A stretch of DNA of 64,000 bases, taken from Eledone cirrhosa (taxonomy: Eukaryota). The notes under the pieces were generated by a model. It saw nothing but the letters and a program-made list of their open reading frames with translations. It searched no databases and was not told the origin of the DNA. The DNA lies in assembly GCA_964016885.1 (NCBI GenBank), contig OZ024743.1:331886001-331950000 (forward strand). Reading direction: 5' to 3'. A program made the translations under genes and the position numbers. Of this stretch, positions 26,662 through 40,989 are shown one piece after another. Position 1 is the stretch's first letter; each line of letters begins with the position of its first letter.

Positions 26662-27414
26662 TCTACAAGATATGATTCTATTCCTCTCATGCCATCTATG
26701 TAGAGTAGTTAGAATTACACCACATTATATCATACAAGCCTTAAAAGTTCATATATTTGAAAATATAGTTGCCACAATGCAAATAATTATAATAATAGTT
26801 GAATCAATTTGCTAAGATACCTTTATCTATTTTTGATATCTACAAAGATACTTTACCCTGTTTATTCAGACATTTTTATAGTTATTTGCTTTGTGGCAAC
26901 CAAAATTTCCCAATTTTAAATTTCCCAATATCTTGTAAATTAACCAACCATCATGCTAGCGTGGAAAATGGATGTTAAAAGATGATAGTGATGATGATGA
27001 TGTTATCTCTAATATGATAATGTATGTTTTATGACAAAGTTTGATCTTCCCCAGTAAAACTGTAAGCTGCCAAACGATTTCTTTGATTTCCAATTTAGTT
27101 TGAGGCTTCATAGTTAAGTCATCATTTGTCTTTTGGTACTGTTCCAGATATATGGTGATCATCATCATCATCATTGTAAACAACACAGTTATAGTGATTA
27201 GATATAAACTCTGACCAGATATATGGTGGAGATGTTTCAATATTGTGTTTAATATACAGCTACAGTCATCAGATATAGGGTAGAGATGCTTACAATATCA
27301 TGTAATCTCAGGTCTTGAATAATCGTCCCCAACTCCACTTATTCCACACACACACCTCCCTATTATTTTGGACCTGAGAGTACAATATAGTTAAACACTA
27401 GCCAACTATTATTG

Positions 27415-27890
27415 TGTATAACACAGATGTAGTTACTGGATGTATGGTGGAAGATGTATTTGATATCTTGTACAACACAATGTAATCACCAGATGTATGG
27501 TGGGAGATGTATTTGATATCTTTTATAACACAGATGTAATCACCAGATGTATGGTGGGGATGTATTTGATATCTTGTACATCACAATTATAGTCACCAGA
27601 TGTATGGTAGAGATGTATTTGATATCTTTTACAACACACAGTTTTAGTCAACAGATGTATGGACATGTATTTGATATATTGTACAACGCACAGATGTAGT
27701 TACCAGATGTATTTAATATCTTTTACAACACACAGTTATAGCCCCCAGATGTATAGTGGAGATGTATTTGATATATTGAACAACACACAGATGTAGTCAC
27801 CAGATGTATCATGAAGATATATTAATATATTGTACAACACAGATCCTGTCAGAAGATGTATAGTGGAGATTACAACACAGATATAGTCAC
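27415..27890. repeat. ~52-bp minisatellite
   Basis: Repeats of acaacacagatgtagtcaccagatgtatggtggagatgtatttgatatct. Confidence 0.85.
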
Positions 27891-28012
27891 ATTCTACAGT
27901 TTTTAGCTGAAGAAGTTGACATTAATAGACTAACATCAAATTTTCAGCTAAGAATATATTATATAAGATTTAGCAGTGTTATACAATATACATTTAGCAG
28001 TATTGGTTATAG

Positions 28013-28543
28013 AGTAGTCGCCACTTTAGCAGGGTGGTAGAATCAGTGGTCGTTAGTTGCCAGTGTGGTAAGTGATAGTATCCTCGTTGGATTATCTTGT
28101 TGACATAGACGTGAGGGAAGGTCCCTCGATCTATTTACCATCTATTTACAATATTCCTTTCGTCAGGTCGCCAATTCCAGCAGCATGGATTAAAGATGTC
28201 ATTGAGACACGAGTAACATAACAACGACCCCAACAGCAGTAATTAGAGATGGAATGTATGTTTATTTATATGGTTGAAGTTACATATAAAAAGAGGTTAC
28301 AAAAGGGAATGTGCCATTGCGCCGTTAAGCCGGCGAGGCTAGGGGTGCAAATCTCACCGTTACATTATGCGTGTTGCTGGCTTGAAGTTTCCGGTACAAG
28401 AGAGAGATTCTTCAAATCTTAGCGGGAAATTTCTTCCTCGGGGCGCGTAGATATACATCCTCTTCTACTTGCGCTGATTGGCTGAACTGAGCCAAATCAC
28501 GCACAGAGAATGTATGTGAGCCCGCGGAATGTAGGTCACTACA
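28013..28543. mobile_element. Candidate solo LTR or other ~530-bp insertion
   Basis: CpG-rich island ending in cactaca and starting agtagtc; interrupts a catttagcag tandem; no clear TSD. Confidence 0.35.
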
Positions 28544-29077
28544 TACATAACATTTAGCAGCATATTATATAACACCCAGCAATTTATATATAATATAAAA
28601 GAGAGATGTTTGTTGGCTGGCTGGTTGGTGTCTTCGTGCATCACACAAAAACTGTCAATCGAAAAGTAAGTACACCAATGGAATAAGAGTATTTGAATGC
28701 AGTATGTAAAGGGCCATAACTATGTTGCAAACCATGGTGTCTGACGCTTAACCAATACTGCTAATCCACATCCCTATAATTATAATAATTGTTTCTACTT
28801 TAGGCACAAGGCCAGCAATTATCCTAGTACATTACTGGTACTTTATTTTATCCACCCCCGTAAGGATGAAAGGCAAAGTTAACCTCGGTGGAATGATAAT
28901 AATAATGATTTCTACGACACCAACTTAATGAGAACATTTTTTACTACATATCACCAAATTCTTGATTAATTTGAAGTTCAATTGAAAATCATAGGCAGCG
29001 CTTTTCATTAAAAATGTGGTAACTTCATAATGAGTTATATTACCAAATCCCTCCAAATACTTCATTATTTAAAAATA

Positions 29078-29270
29078 GGGTGGTGGATTGGCAGTTATTG
29101 GTAGAGGGTCGGACGCCATGCTTTGCAGCAGAGTTACGGCCCTTTATGGTCTGAGTTCAAATCCCGCCGAGGTTAACTTTGCCTTTCATCCTTACAGGGT
29201 CAATAAAATAAAGTACCAGTAATACACTGGGATAATTGCTGGCCTTGTGCCAAAAGTAGAAACAATTATT
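29078..29270 (+). mobile_element. tRNA-derived SINE (ATT-tail family) with 14-bp TSD
   Basis: B box gagttcaaatccc; TSD attatttaaaaata at 29064-29077 and 29265-29278. Confidence 0.9.
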
Positions 29271-29919
29271 TAAAAATATTATTTGTAATACACTGGTAGC
29301 ACATTTCATCAGAAATATTATAACGAAAAGGTTAATATGTTTGTATTTTTCTAAAAATCTATCATAATGTTATGAGAACCTTTGTTAAGTTGTATTCCAA
29401 ATCAACTTATTAATGAGAAAGTTATTTTACTAAGTGCCTCAAAATTCTTGATTATTTTCAAAATTATTTGAAAATCATAGACACTATTTTTTATTAGAAA
29501 TATATTAACAAAAGTGTTGTGGTTGTTTTATAGTCTTCTTTCTGTCCATGCTAAAATTATGATTAAATCTCCATCTAAGCAAATGAAATATTTTAATATC
29601 AAATGAACTAGATAGGAATGTGTGGCAGATATCTTTGCCTCTTTTGTCTCATTGAAAAAGAAGAAAAGAAAGGTAAGCAATACAAATTCAAAATAAATAA
29701 TAAATAAATAGAATGTTTTGACCAAAAATATAACAAAGACCAACGAAAATATAGAACCCTCTGACATGTGAGAGAGATGTGAATATATTAAGGAATTTAT
29801 TCAATTTGAATGTTAGCAAGAAAAACATGTCCAGGATATAATAGATCTTCAGTGAATTTCTTCCTAAATTGTAATAATAATATCAATAATATCAATAAAA
29901 GTATTATTATTTAAGTGCA

Positions 29920-30102
29920 TTGGCAGTATCGGTAGAGGGTCTGACGCTATGCTTTGCAGCAAAGAGTTACGCCCCTTTATGGTTTGAGTTCAAATCCCGC
30001 CGAGGTTAACTTTGCCTTTCATCCTTACGGGGTCGATAAAATAAAGTACCAGTAATGCACTGGATAATTGCTGGCCTTGTGCCAAAAGTAGAAACAATTA
30101 TT
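29920..30102 (+). mobile_element. tRNA-derived SINE (ATT-tail family) with 14-bp TSD
   Basis: TSD attatttaagtgca at 29906-29919 and 30097-30110. Confidence 0.9.
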
Positions 30103-30110
30103 TAAGTGCA

Positions 30111-33100
30111 AAAAAACAGAGAAAACTCACAAAAAAAAAGCCCCAACAAAACACAAAAACACACACAACAAAAAATACAGACACCACTAACGCAAACACT
30201 TCCCCAATAACATCATCACCAACAGCAACATCGACACCACCTCCACAATCCCCGAAACGCAAACAACCTAAACAAACACAAGTACAAATAAACACACAAA
30301 CACTTGAAATTGCAGACATCACACCTACAACAAACATAGACATACCCGAAACACCACCACCAAAACCATCGCCACCACCTTCACCAAAACGAAAACAAAT
30401 AAAACCACACCAACAAAATGTTAAAAACTTTGTGCTTGTTAGAAGGGCCAACGATAAACTGATGGCCCTCTTAGCGCGAAGCGAGGACATTCAAACAGAG
30501 GGGGAGATTTTTGAAATGAGCACATTTTGCGTGCCAGAAGATTTGCTTCTGGTCCGAATGTCACTCAATTCCTTTAAAGAAATTCAAGAGAGCTTTCCTC
30601 AAGACGTGGGAACCCCGAATGTGAAACCCACATCAAGACTTTTAAAGGGGTTCCCAAAAGAAACCCCACCAACCATGGAGGTCGAACCACCCGACCTTCA
30701 CAAGACCCAGGAGGTAAGTAAACCTTCCCTCTCTGTCTCTTAGCTTACCAATATGGCCATATTAAGAGTAGGAAGTTTAAATGTTCGCGGCCTGGGGTCA
30801 CCCTGGAAGCAGGGTCGCCTGCTCAACGACCTCCGGTCGCTGGAAATGGATGTGGTTGCCGTAAGCGAGACCAGAATTTCCGACACGCGCGCACTAGCAC
30901 CCATTTTCGACGACTATCAGATCTTCGCATCTGTTAGCAGGCCAGGAATGAGGGGTGGGGTGGCAGTGCTGTTTAGGAAAGGACTGGATCTCGAGGTAAG
31001 GTCGATCTTCCGGGACCCAGATGGTAAGTTGGTGGTCTTGGATGTGAGCAGTAGCGAAGGTGGTGCCTTTAGACTGCTGGCCGTCTACGCCCCTACAGGG
31101 GCCGGACGACCTGACTTCTTTAGGCGCCTGGAGACCTTTCTGGGTACGTCTCACCCTTTACTGCTAGAGGGGGACTGGAATGGCATCTTAGACGCACGCT
31201 GGGATTGTGTGGGAGTAGCCGATAGGAGCGGGGGGTGCAAAAGCCTCAAGCACCTACTCAGCCAGTTCCAACTGTCTGACAGGTATCGACTAGATTTCCC
31301 CAATGTGCCAGTATGGACATGGACCAACCGAATGGGGTCATCTAGATCGTATATAGACAGGATCTTCATTAAGAAATTAGATAGAAATAGTGTGGGCTGT
31401 CCACTTTTTAAAACGGTCGCCTATTCAGATCACAAATTTGTGATCTGTACGGTCGACCTAAATAAAACGCGTAGGTTAGGACCGGGTTACTGGAAGCTGA
31501 ACATGTCATTTCCGGCACGTAAGGCTTACAGGGACCGAGTCAACAATTTAGTTAAGCAAAAGTTGACAGGGGGGATCATCAACAACAGATGGTGGGGGGC
31601 TCTCAAAAGAGAGATTAGAGTAACTTCGATAGAGTTCAGCAAAGAACTAGCGTTAGAGAAAAATAGAAAGGAGGGGGAGCTGGTAGATAAGTTAGATGAG
31701 GCTATTTGTAGTGGCATCGCAACTGACGTGCTAGCGGCGAGAATGGCATTAGACCATTTCTTCAATGCCAAACACGAAGGTTGCATTGTCAGAGCTTAAG
31801 CGCGTGCGCTGAGAAACGAGGGAACTAAAGCTGTTCGATGGGCCCGCGTGGCGGAGGCGCAGCGTGGTAATAAAACCACAATTCGGTCTTTGGCGGACCG
31901 AGACGGACACGAGATAAGCGATTCCAAGCGGATGTGTGAGGCCTTTCGCCAGCACTTTGCTCGGTTGTTCAGGAAGAGTGACGAGTCAGAGAGAATAGCG
32001 GATTTCAGCCCCTACCTTGATGGCTTGCCGTGCATCTCGACGGTCGACGCTGAGCGCTGCGAAAGGCCGATTACTTCAGCCGAAATTCAGGACGCCCTTG
32101 TCGGCTGCATGAGGCGCAAGTCACCCGGTTTGGATGGCCTGCCCTACGAGCTTTACGTAAATATGCCAGACTTGTTCTCCGAACTCCTCGAAGCACTCTA
32201 CTGCAACTGGCAGCAGAATGGGAGTATTCCCAGTTCTGTGAGCAGGGGAGTGGTGACGCTGATAAGGAAAGACGAGAACAAGAGGGATATATTAGACAAC
32301 TTCAGGCCCATAACTCTGCTCAACACAGAGTTTAAGATTTTGGCCAAGGTGTTAGCAAAGAGATTGGCGCTTGTCGTCGAGGATTTGGTTGGGGAGGTGC
32401 AAACTTGCGCAATCCCAGCCAGGTCCATACACGACAATCTCCACCTCATGCGATACATCATAGAGAGGGTAGGGTGTAAACCTGGCTTCGGTGGGGCACT
32501 GATCAATTTAGATCAATCGAAAGCATTCGATAGGGTCGACCATCGGTATCTGGAGTTTGTCCTCAAAGCAGCTGGCTTCGGCCCTGTCTTTAGAAGCTGG
32601 ATCATTGCAATGCACAGCGGCACACGCTCAGTGGTCAAGGTTAATGGCCACCTCTCAGAACCATTTCGGCTCTCCCGATCGGTCCATCAAGGGTGCCCTC
32701 TCTCTTCCCTTCTGTACGTATTGACTCTCGAGCCTTTACTGCGGAAGCTGGAGCTGTTGCAGGGCATCCCGCTCGAACCGGGACGTGGAAGGGCGGTGTC
32801 GGCTTATGCAGACGACATAACTGTGATGGTGTCGAACACCTCAGAAATCGAGGTGGTCGGCACCTTATTGAAGGAATATGAAAGGTTGACAGGAGCCAAA
32901 CTTAACCCGGAAAAGTCGGTGGGCTTGCAGCTCGGAACCTGGAGAGGCAAGCCCATGCCGTCCAACAGCGTCGTGGGGTGCTGGACGGACGGACCGGTAA
33001 AGTTGCTCGGGGTTTGGTTTGGACCAGACCTCCAGGTGGAAAAGAATTGGGATGAGGTAACGAGCAGAGTAGCCAGTCTCACCCAAAAATGGGCTGGGAG

Positions 33101-34472
33101 GAAGCTATCACTGAAAGGTCGCACGGAGGTGGCGAATGCGTACATCGCGTCCGTCATCTACTACCGCCTAACCGTCGTGCCTTGCCCCCGTCCACGCCTC
33201 ATCAAGTTGGAACGGCTCCTCTTCAAATTCTTGTGGAGGGGACAAGTTCCGTTGGTGAGGCGGTCCATCTGCTGCCAGCACCCTCTACGCGGAGGTCTGG
33301 GCATGCCATGGCTAATGATGCGCAGACATGCATTGAGGCTGCGACATCTCAAGATATTCTGCCTCAATGGTGAACAGGTGTGGTCGCCGTTTATCAGACG
33401 GGCCTTTCCGCAGCTCATTTCTTTGACTGAGCTGCAGTCCTGGGTCAAGAAGAGACCGAGACTGGGTGACTGGCACCTGGAATGTTGCCAGGCACTCACT
33501 GCCCTCTAACAAGCGGGCAATGCGATCAGTGGAACTTCCACTCTCGAGTTCTATAGAGGATTAGTGGTGGGCAAGTGTGATGACGCACTCGGAGAAGCTT
33601 TGGGCCTCGACGAAGTCGAACTGACCAGTCTGTACCGGAGGACTTTTGAGCCGGGGACAATGGACAATTTCCAGAAATCCCTCGCTTGGCAGTGCTACCG
33701 GGGGGCACTGCCGGTTTGTGATAAACTCTACAGGCACGGAAGTGCTGTCAGACGGACCTGCCCAAGATGCGCACAGAACGACGAAACCGTTCTGCACGCA
33801 CTTGTCCAATGTCCGTGCATTACTGACTTGTGGAGTTATGTCGAACAGCTACTGTCGCATGTGGAACAAATCCGGCTATCGGCCGAGTCCATAGTGAAGA
33901 TCGAGCCGCCACCTTCCTTAGGTCAGGAAGAGCAGGAAATTTTCCTCTGTCTGGTGGCAGTTGCGAAAGAGATTATATGGTGGACCAGGTTGAAAGGCCT
34001 AAAGACAGACACTTTTCTCTTCGGCCAATCCCTCATCAACTTCTTCAAGTTTCACCTGGAAAGGAGGGTGAGGGTGGAGAGAGAAGTGCTGCCCCCCAGT
34101 ACATTTGCTAAAAGGTGGGTGAATGTGGCGAGAATGGCTCGTGTGAATGGGCCTACTCTGACCATGCGCCTATAGGCTAGCTAACTTGAGGAGAGAGGTG
34201 CTCTCCCTGGGTGCCCTAGAAGCGCAGGGTGGTTCAGGATTGGTGGGGTACCCAAATCACCCCAGGGTCGTCCACCCCATATCGGGGAATTTATTTTGTT
34301 ATATTTATGCATAGTTTATTTTATATTTTTATATTTTCATTGTTAAATTAGTCTTGCCATTGTGCACTTTTACTCGACCTTATTGTAAACCCCCACTGTC
34401 CCTGTCTTTGTATTGTCCCCTACATGTCGGCCCTTGTGGCTAATAAATGAAATCATTATTATTATTATTATT
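30111..34472 (+). mobile_element. Tx1/L1-clade LINE, 5'-truncated within ORF1, with (ATT)n tail
   Basis: Pro/Thr/Lys-rich ORF1 remnant to 30743, ORF2 30753-34175, 3' UTR with aataaa followed by (att)n at 34455-34472. Confidence 0.9.
30753..34175 (+). pseudogene. Tx1-like ORF2 (APE endonuclease, RT, C-terminal zinc knuckle) with two in-frame stops
   Basis: ORFs 30753-31799, 31848-33509 and 33564-34175 share one frame; motifs GSLNVRGL, GDWN, SYIDRI, SDHK, KSPGLDGLPYE, LDQSKAFDRV, QGCPLS, AYADD, CPRC...ETVLHALVQC. Confidence 0.92.
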
Positions 34473-34473
34473 T

Positions 34474-35913
34474 GTAGTAGTAGTGGTGGTGGTAGGTGGT
34501 GGTAAGTAGTAGTAGGTGGTGGTGGTGGTGGTAGTAGTAGTAGTAATAGTAGTAATAGTTGCAGTAGTAGCAGCAGTAATAGTAGTAATAATAATAGCAA
34601 TAGTAGCAGCAGTGGTAATAGTAGCAGCAGTAGTAGTGGTAGCAGCAGTAGGTGGTAGTAATGATTATGGTAATAATAGTGGTGGTAATAATGTTAATAA
34701 TTTCTTTATTAAGTACACACAACATACACATACATATAACACTCACATACATATAACACACACATACATACACACATAACACACACAACATACACATACA
34801 TATAACACACACATACATACACACATAACACACACACAACATACACATACATATAACACACACATACATACACACATAACACACACAACATACACATACA
34901 TATAACACACACATACATACACACATAACACACACACAACATACACATACATATAACACTGACATACATATAACACACACACAACATACACATACATATA
35001 ACACTCATACATATAACACACACATACATACACACATAACACACACACACAACATACACATACATATAACACACACACACATACATATAACACACACACA
35101 ACATACACATACATAAACACTCACATTCACATACACACATAACACACACACAACATACACACATAACACACACAACATACACATGCATATAACACTCACA
35201 TACATATAACACACACATACATACACACAACACACATACAAACACACATAACACACACACCACATACATACACACATAACACACACACAACATACACATA
35301 CATATAACACACACACAACATACACATAGATATAACACTCACATACAAACATATAACACTCACATACATACATATAACACTCACATACATACATATAACA
35401 CACACATCCATACACACAACACACACATACATACATAGACACATAACACACACACAACATACACACACACAACATACACATACATATAACACACACACAA
35501 CATACACACATAACACACACAACATACACATACATATAGTACTCACATACATACATATAACACACCTACATACACACATAACACACACACAACATCCACA
35601 TACATATAACACTCACATACATATAACACACACATACATGCATATAACACACACAACTTACACACAACACACACACAACTTACACACATAACACACATAC
35701 AACGCATACATGCATATAACACACACAACATACATATAACAAACACAACATACACACACAACATACACACATAACACACACAACACATACATGCATATAA
35801 CACACACAACCTACACACAACACATAACATACAATACCCACACACACAACATACACATACCCACACACACAACATACATACCCACACACACAACACACAT
35901 ACCCACACACACA
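34474..35913. repeat. Trinucleotide (GTA/GCA/GGT) tract followed by ~1.2-kb compound (CA)/(CATA) repeat
   Basis: Seen directly. Confidence 0.95.
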
Positions 35914-36061
35914 ATGTTAATAACAGTAGTTGATGCGTGGTCAGAATCCAACTTTATCAATTGGCTTGAAAATCTGATGTGAAATATAAAGATTTAGATC
36001 TATGACATGAAATATGGTAGGGGTGGGGGGTGGGGTAATATTCTGTAACACTCCCCCTCTG

Positions 36062-36113
<52 letters not shown>

Positions 36114-37026
36114 ACTCTCTCTGTCATTCTCTCGGCTGGTTAAGAACAGGAAAGTTTGTAAGATTTAAAATTAGCCAGGCGGAGCTGAACTAAGATAGTA
36201 ATATGTAGTCTCAATAAATAAGATGTCCGGGTGGTGGTGGTAGTGGGTTGGGGGAGTGTAGAAGGGTGGGTGGAGAGCGTGGAAGGGCGGAGGCGGGGGG
36301 AACGTAGAACTGTGGGGGTGTGGTAGGTGTAAAACAAATCATAATGAATTATTTGAGGTATATTTTTACAACAAACTGTTTGATTAAATCTGACAATGTA
36401 AGTATATTTCTTTGATTAAAAACTACCGATATAATCAACTCCCCCGCCATCCTCGTTTGTGTTCAATTAAGATAGCCGTGTCAACAATGCTGTAGAAATT
36501 ATTGATAGCTACTTAAGATTAGCAAATTGTTAACATTGGAAAGAGATAATCTTCTTGATATTTACACCAACAGATGTACACAAGATATACACCAGATGTA
36601 CATCACATAAACACATATAAAACATTATGTATTTTGTATGTAATAATCATCATCATCATCACCACCAATTAATGTCCATTTTCCACACTAGCATGGGTTA
36701 GATGAGTTTTTACTTTAGTTTATTGCAAATTTTCACAGTGGTCTGTACACCAGTAAAGATACTATAAACAATTGAATTAACAAATCCATTTAAAAATATT
36801 TTCTGCTAAATCATTAAAAGATACTGAGGGTTAAAACATCATAGCACTGTATATATTGGTTATAGAAGTATGTGTGTGTGTATTTATCTCTGTGTATTTC
36901 TTAAATGTGTGTTATATGTAATTGTTAGTTCAGTGTGTGTGTGTGTATGTCACAACTGTGTATGTCAACAACAAATAAAGATACACAGGATCAGCCACTA
37001 AATAAAAAAGGTTTTAATAAAATTCT

Positions 37027-37336
37027 TTAACCCTTTTGATACCAAACTGTCTGAAACACTCCTGGATCTATGATATATGTTTGTATTTACCTACACCCAT
37101 CCCACCAAATAATTTTATCAAAGAACCTTTGTTAAGTTATGTTCTAAACACCAGCTAAATAATGAGAATGTTTATTATATCACAAAATCTGTCCAAAAGT
37201 TCCTGATTATTTTCTCTATTATTTGCAAATTAAAGGCAGTATTTTTCCACTAGAAATATGGAAATGAAAAGGTTTAAACATAATAGAAAAGTGTGTAGTC
37301 TGAGGTGAGTTCTGACCTTTTGGAAAGCAGAGTTAA
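37027..37336. mobile_element. TTAA-bounded MITE-like repeat
   Basis: ttaacccttttgatacc...ggaaagcagagttaa; internal similarity to 28920-29030 and 29370-29510. Confidence 0.5.
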
Positions 37337-38289
37337 TGGTTAACATACCTGCTAGGTCAAACAAGGTCAAGGGTAAACATACAGTGGATGTTGCGGCTGT
37401 TTTCCAGAGCAAAGCTTTCACTATCTTGTCACTGGTGTCTAGCTAAAATAAACCACCCAGCCAAGAGTGTAGAATTTGCTCCAAGAGATGGAATGGCTGA
37501 TGCAGTGGGTGTCACTGGCTCTTCTCTATACCAACGCTTTCCCCATCTAGTCCACGTAGTATAGCTGAGATAAACCACCTAGCCAAGGGTGTAAAGTTTT
37601 CCCCAGGAGCTGAAATGGCTGATGCAGTGGATATCACTCGCTGTTCCCAGCCAAATTTATATCTATCTAGCTTCTACTTTAAATATCTTAGCATGCTCAG
37701 TCATTGTATGTTAATAGACGAGATATAGTTTTATATCTAACTAATATTTTTAATGTTATAACTTGTTCCATTATGTGATAAGAAAACATTTTATAGCTAG
37801 TTAGCTATATCTTAAATATTTTAGAATGCTGAAGAAATGAGTGATAACAAAATAGATATTTTATATCTAGCTAGCTACATTTGGGTCTCAAATACCCCCC
37901 CCCCCCCCCCCCGCCTTGTTTAATACTTTTGCTGATTTTTTCACCACCACCACTCTCTGCTTATTAAATTTTACTAATCTATCTCTGGTGAAATTTTATT
38001 TTAAGTGGTAGCATTCCTGCACAATTAATTTTCTTTATACTTTTAAAAATATACCCAATAAAAAGTACATTACTAGGAGTCTCAATATGTAAACTAAACA
38101 ATAAATTCTGGTTTTAAAAAAAATCAACATAGATAACCTAGAAAAATTAAACCCCACCCCCGCTTCTTCCCTTTATTTGGGACCAGAGAGTTTATGTTAA
38201 ATATCTTGGTATGCTTAAACTATGAGTGATAACAAAATAGATATTGTTTTATATCTAGCTAGTTATCATTTTATTATTTTAGATATAGC

Positions 38290-38504
38290 GGTGGATTGGC
38301 AGTATTGGTAGAGGGTCAGACGCCATGCTTTGCAACATAGAGTTACGGCCCTTTATGATCTGAGTTCAAATCCCGCCGAGGTTAACTTTGCCTTTCATCC
38401 TTACAGGGTCGATAAAATAAAGTACCAGTCACGCACGGTCGATTTAATCAACTTTCCCCTCCTCCAAAATTGATGGCCTTGTGCCTATATAAGAAACCAT
38501 TATT
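38290..38504 (+). mobile_element. tRNA-derived SINE (ATT-tail family) with 17-bp TSD
   Basis: TSD attattttagatatagc at 38273-38289 and 38499-38515. Confidence 0.9.
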
Positions 38505-38862
38505 TTAGATATAGCCAGCTCCTCAATCACTGCCTTAACAAGACAAATATAGTTATATATCTACCTAACTATATATTCAATATTATAGCCAGCTCAATCA
38601 CTACCTTAACAAGACAGTGATCTGTTTATCTTATCTGTTTATCTTATCATTCTTAAGTTATGTGTGATAACAAAACAGATATCATTATATATCTGGCTAG
38701 CTATCACAGATATTGTTATATATCTACTAAACTATATCAAAGCTATCATAGACAGATATTGTTATATATCTACTAAACTATATAACTATATAACTATATA
38801 TTAAATATTATAGCTAGCTTCATTAGTCTCTTAGCAAGACAGATATCGTTATATATCTACCT

Positions 38863-39088
38863 AGGGTGGTGGATTGGCAGAAACGGTAGAGCGTCAGACA
38901 CCATGCTTTGCAGCATAGAGTTACGGCTGGCCCTTTACGGTCTGAGTTCAAATCCCACCGAGGTTAGTTTTGTTTTTTATCCTTACGAGATTGATAAAAT
39001 AAAGTAACAGTAATGCACTGGGATTGATTTAATCGACTTTCCCCTCCCCAAAAATTGCTGACCTTGTACCTATAGTAGAAATCATTAT
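38863..39088 (+). mobile_element. tRNA-derived SINE (ATT-tail family)
   Basis: Full head with gagttcaaatccc B box and family body. Confidence 0.88.
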
Positions 39089-39147
39089 ATTAAGCTTGAT
39101 TACTCTCTTAACAAAACAGATATAATTATATATCTGTCTACCTAACT

Positions 39148-39158
39148 ATCATCATCAT

Positions 39159-39216
<58 letters not shown>

Positions 39217-39495
39217 AGCAGCGTTTAATGTCTATCTTCCACACTAGCATGGGTTTAGACAGGAATTGTCCCAATTGAGGCAAGATTGGTCGTCTCGCTC
39301 AGGACTGTCTGGCAGGTTTTCAAGGCTGGATGCCCTTCCTAACACCAACCACGTTTACAGTGTGGACTGGGAGGTTTACTGTGTTACCTACACAGCCACA
39401 TTACAGTGTGGACTGTGTGTTTTTTTGTCGTGACACCTACACGACCTCATTTATTTTGGACTGGATGTTGTGGTACCAACATAACTTTACAGAGA
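39148..39495 (-). mobile_element. RTE 3' UTR fragment with expanded (GAT)n/(GCT)n tail
   Basis: Homologous to 420-705. Confidence 0.85.
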
Positions 39496-39788
39496 AAGAT
39501 ATTAAATATTATATTTAGCTCAATACTGTCTTAACAAAACAGATATTGTTATATATATAGCTAGCTATATTTTAGATATTATATTTAGCTCAATTCTGTC
39601 TTAACAAGATAGTTAAATATCTACCTAACTATATATTAAATATTAAATCCAGCTTGATACTCTCTTACCAAGACAGATATAGTTATATATCTACCTAACT
39701 ATATATTAAATATTATAGCCAGCTTGATTATTACCTTAACAAGACAGATATCACTATATATCTACTTAACATTATATATCTACTTAAC

Positions 39789-39902
39789 ATTCTGAGTTCA
39801 AATCCCGCCGAGGTCAACTTTGCCTTTCATCCTTACAGGGTTGATAAAATAAAGTACCAGTAATGTACTGGGTAATTGCTGGCCAAAAGTAAAAACAATT
39901 AT
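39789..39902 (+). mobile_element. 5'-truncated SINE (ATT-tail family) with 18-bp TSD
   Basis: TSD attatatatctacttaac at 39771-39788 and 39898-39915. Confidence 0.8.
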
Positions 39903-40989
39903 ATATCTACTTAACTATATATTAAATATTAAATCCAGCTTCATTACTCTCTTAGCAAGACAGATATTGTTATAATTGGTCAGTTAGTTCAGTGAAATGT
40001 TTCTTGTGAAGAAAGAAGTGAAAATTAATGCAATGGAAGCTACATTGTATTATCGTTTTTTGTTATCTCAATATTTTAATTAACAATCCGCAACAGCATC
40101 AAGGGAACTTTTGAATTTTTCCAGGCCTTAAACAGTCTGGAAATCGATGGTGTTTGCCGCGAAGTTCATATTCTGACTAATTTTTTACCTTTAGTTTTAA
40201 GCATATCATGCAATATCAGAGACTGTGTTAAATTCTTTTTAACAAGTTTCATTAGTACCCTCGATACTGTCATGGACTGTAAGTAAAAGAAGAATGAAAC
40301 AAAATATAGAAACAGAAGATATCAAACATCATAAGGGTTTCAGTATTCCTCTTATTTGTTTTGTTTTTATTTATGTTTATTTCACGCCTGACTTGCAGAT
40401 ACAAAAAAAATTATCTGAAGATTGCAATGAAGAAAGAAAAATGGAAATACCTTATATGGAAATTTATCAGAAACATTGTTTCACATGTAGCTAACTTCAT
40501 TTTCAAAAGAAAAGAAAATTTACAGCTCAAACCTATGAAGGTTTAACTGGCTTCCTATGAAGATATATCTCATAGGTTTCTCAAGTCTTATCATGAAATT
40601 AACTTGCACAAAAACGCAACATGCTGCCTGGTCCAGGAATTGAACCCATAACATTATGATTATGAGTCCAACATTTTAACTAATACACAAAGTATTTTCA
40701 TTAGTTGGAACTATACTTTATATCTATAACTGCTCTGTAGCATTTTATGCATCGTGTACTACCTGGATTTTGTCTGTCTTCCAAATCTTCAAACTCTGAA
40801 AAGTTCATAGTGCTTTATTTTATGTATTTAACTATGGGGTTCCAAGGTTTGCTCCCTTCTGAACCCTCTTTGGGGTCTTGGGATACGCAATCTTTGTGCA
40901 TCCATCCTATGCCTCCCAGGACAGGTCGCAGGCTCATCGCCAGTTTTTGTGGCATGAAATGGAGACTGCAATATATTTTTCAAACAGGC

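Larger units (their letters stand above)
37660..39975. repeat. Degenerate ~70-bp AT-rich tandem array interrupted by SINE and RTE-tail insertions
   Basis: Recurring aacaagacagatatagttatatatctacctaactatatattaaatatt. Confidence 0.8.

Noticed and set aside
29078-29175. tRNA genes at SINE heads
   Set aside because: The A/B-box heads continue into a shared SINE body with TSDs, and I could not fold a clean cloverleaf
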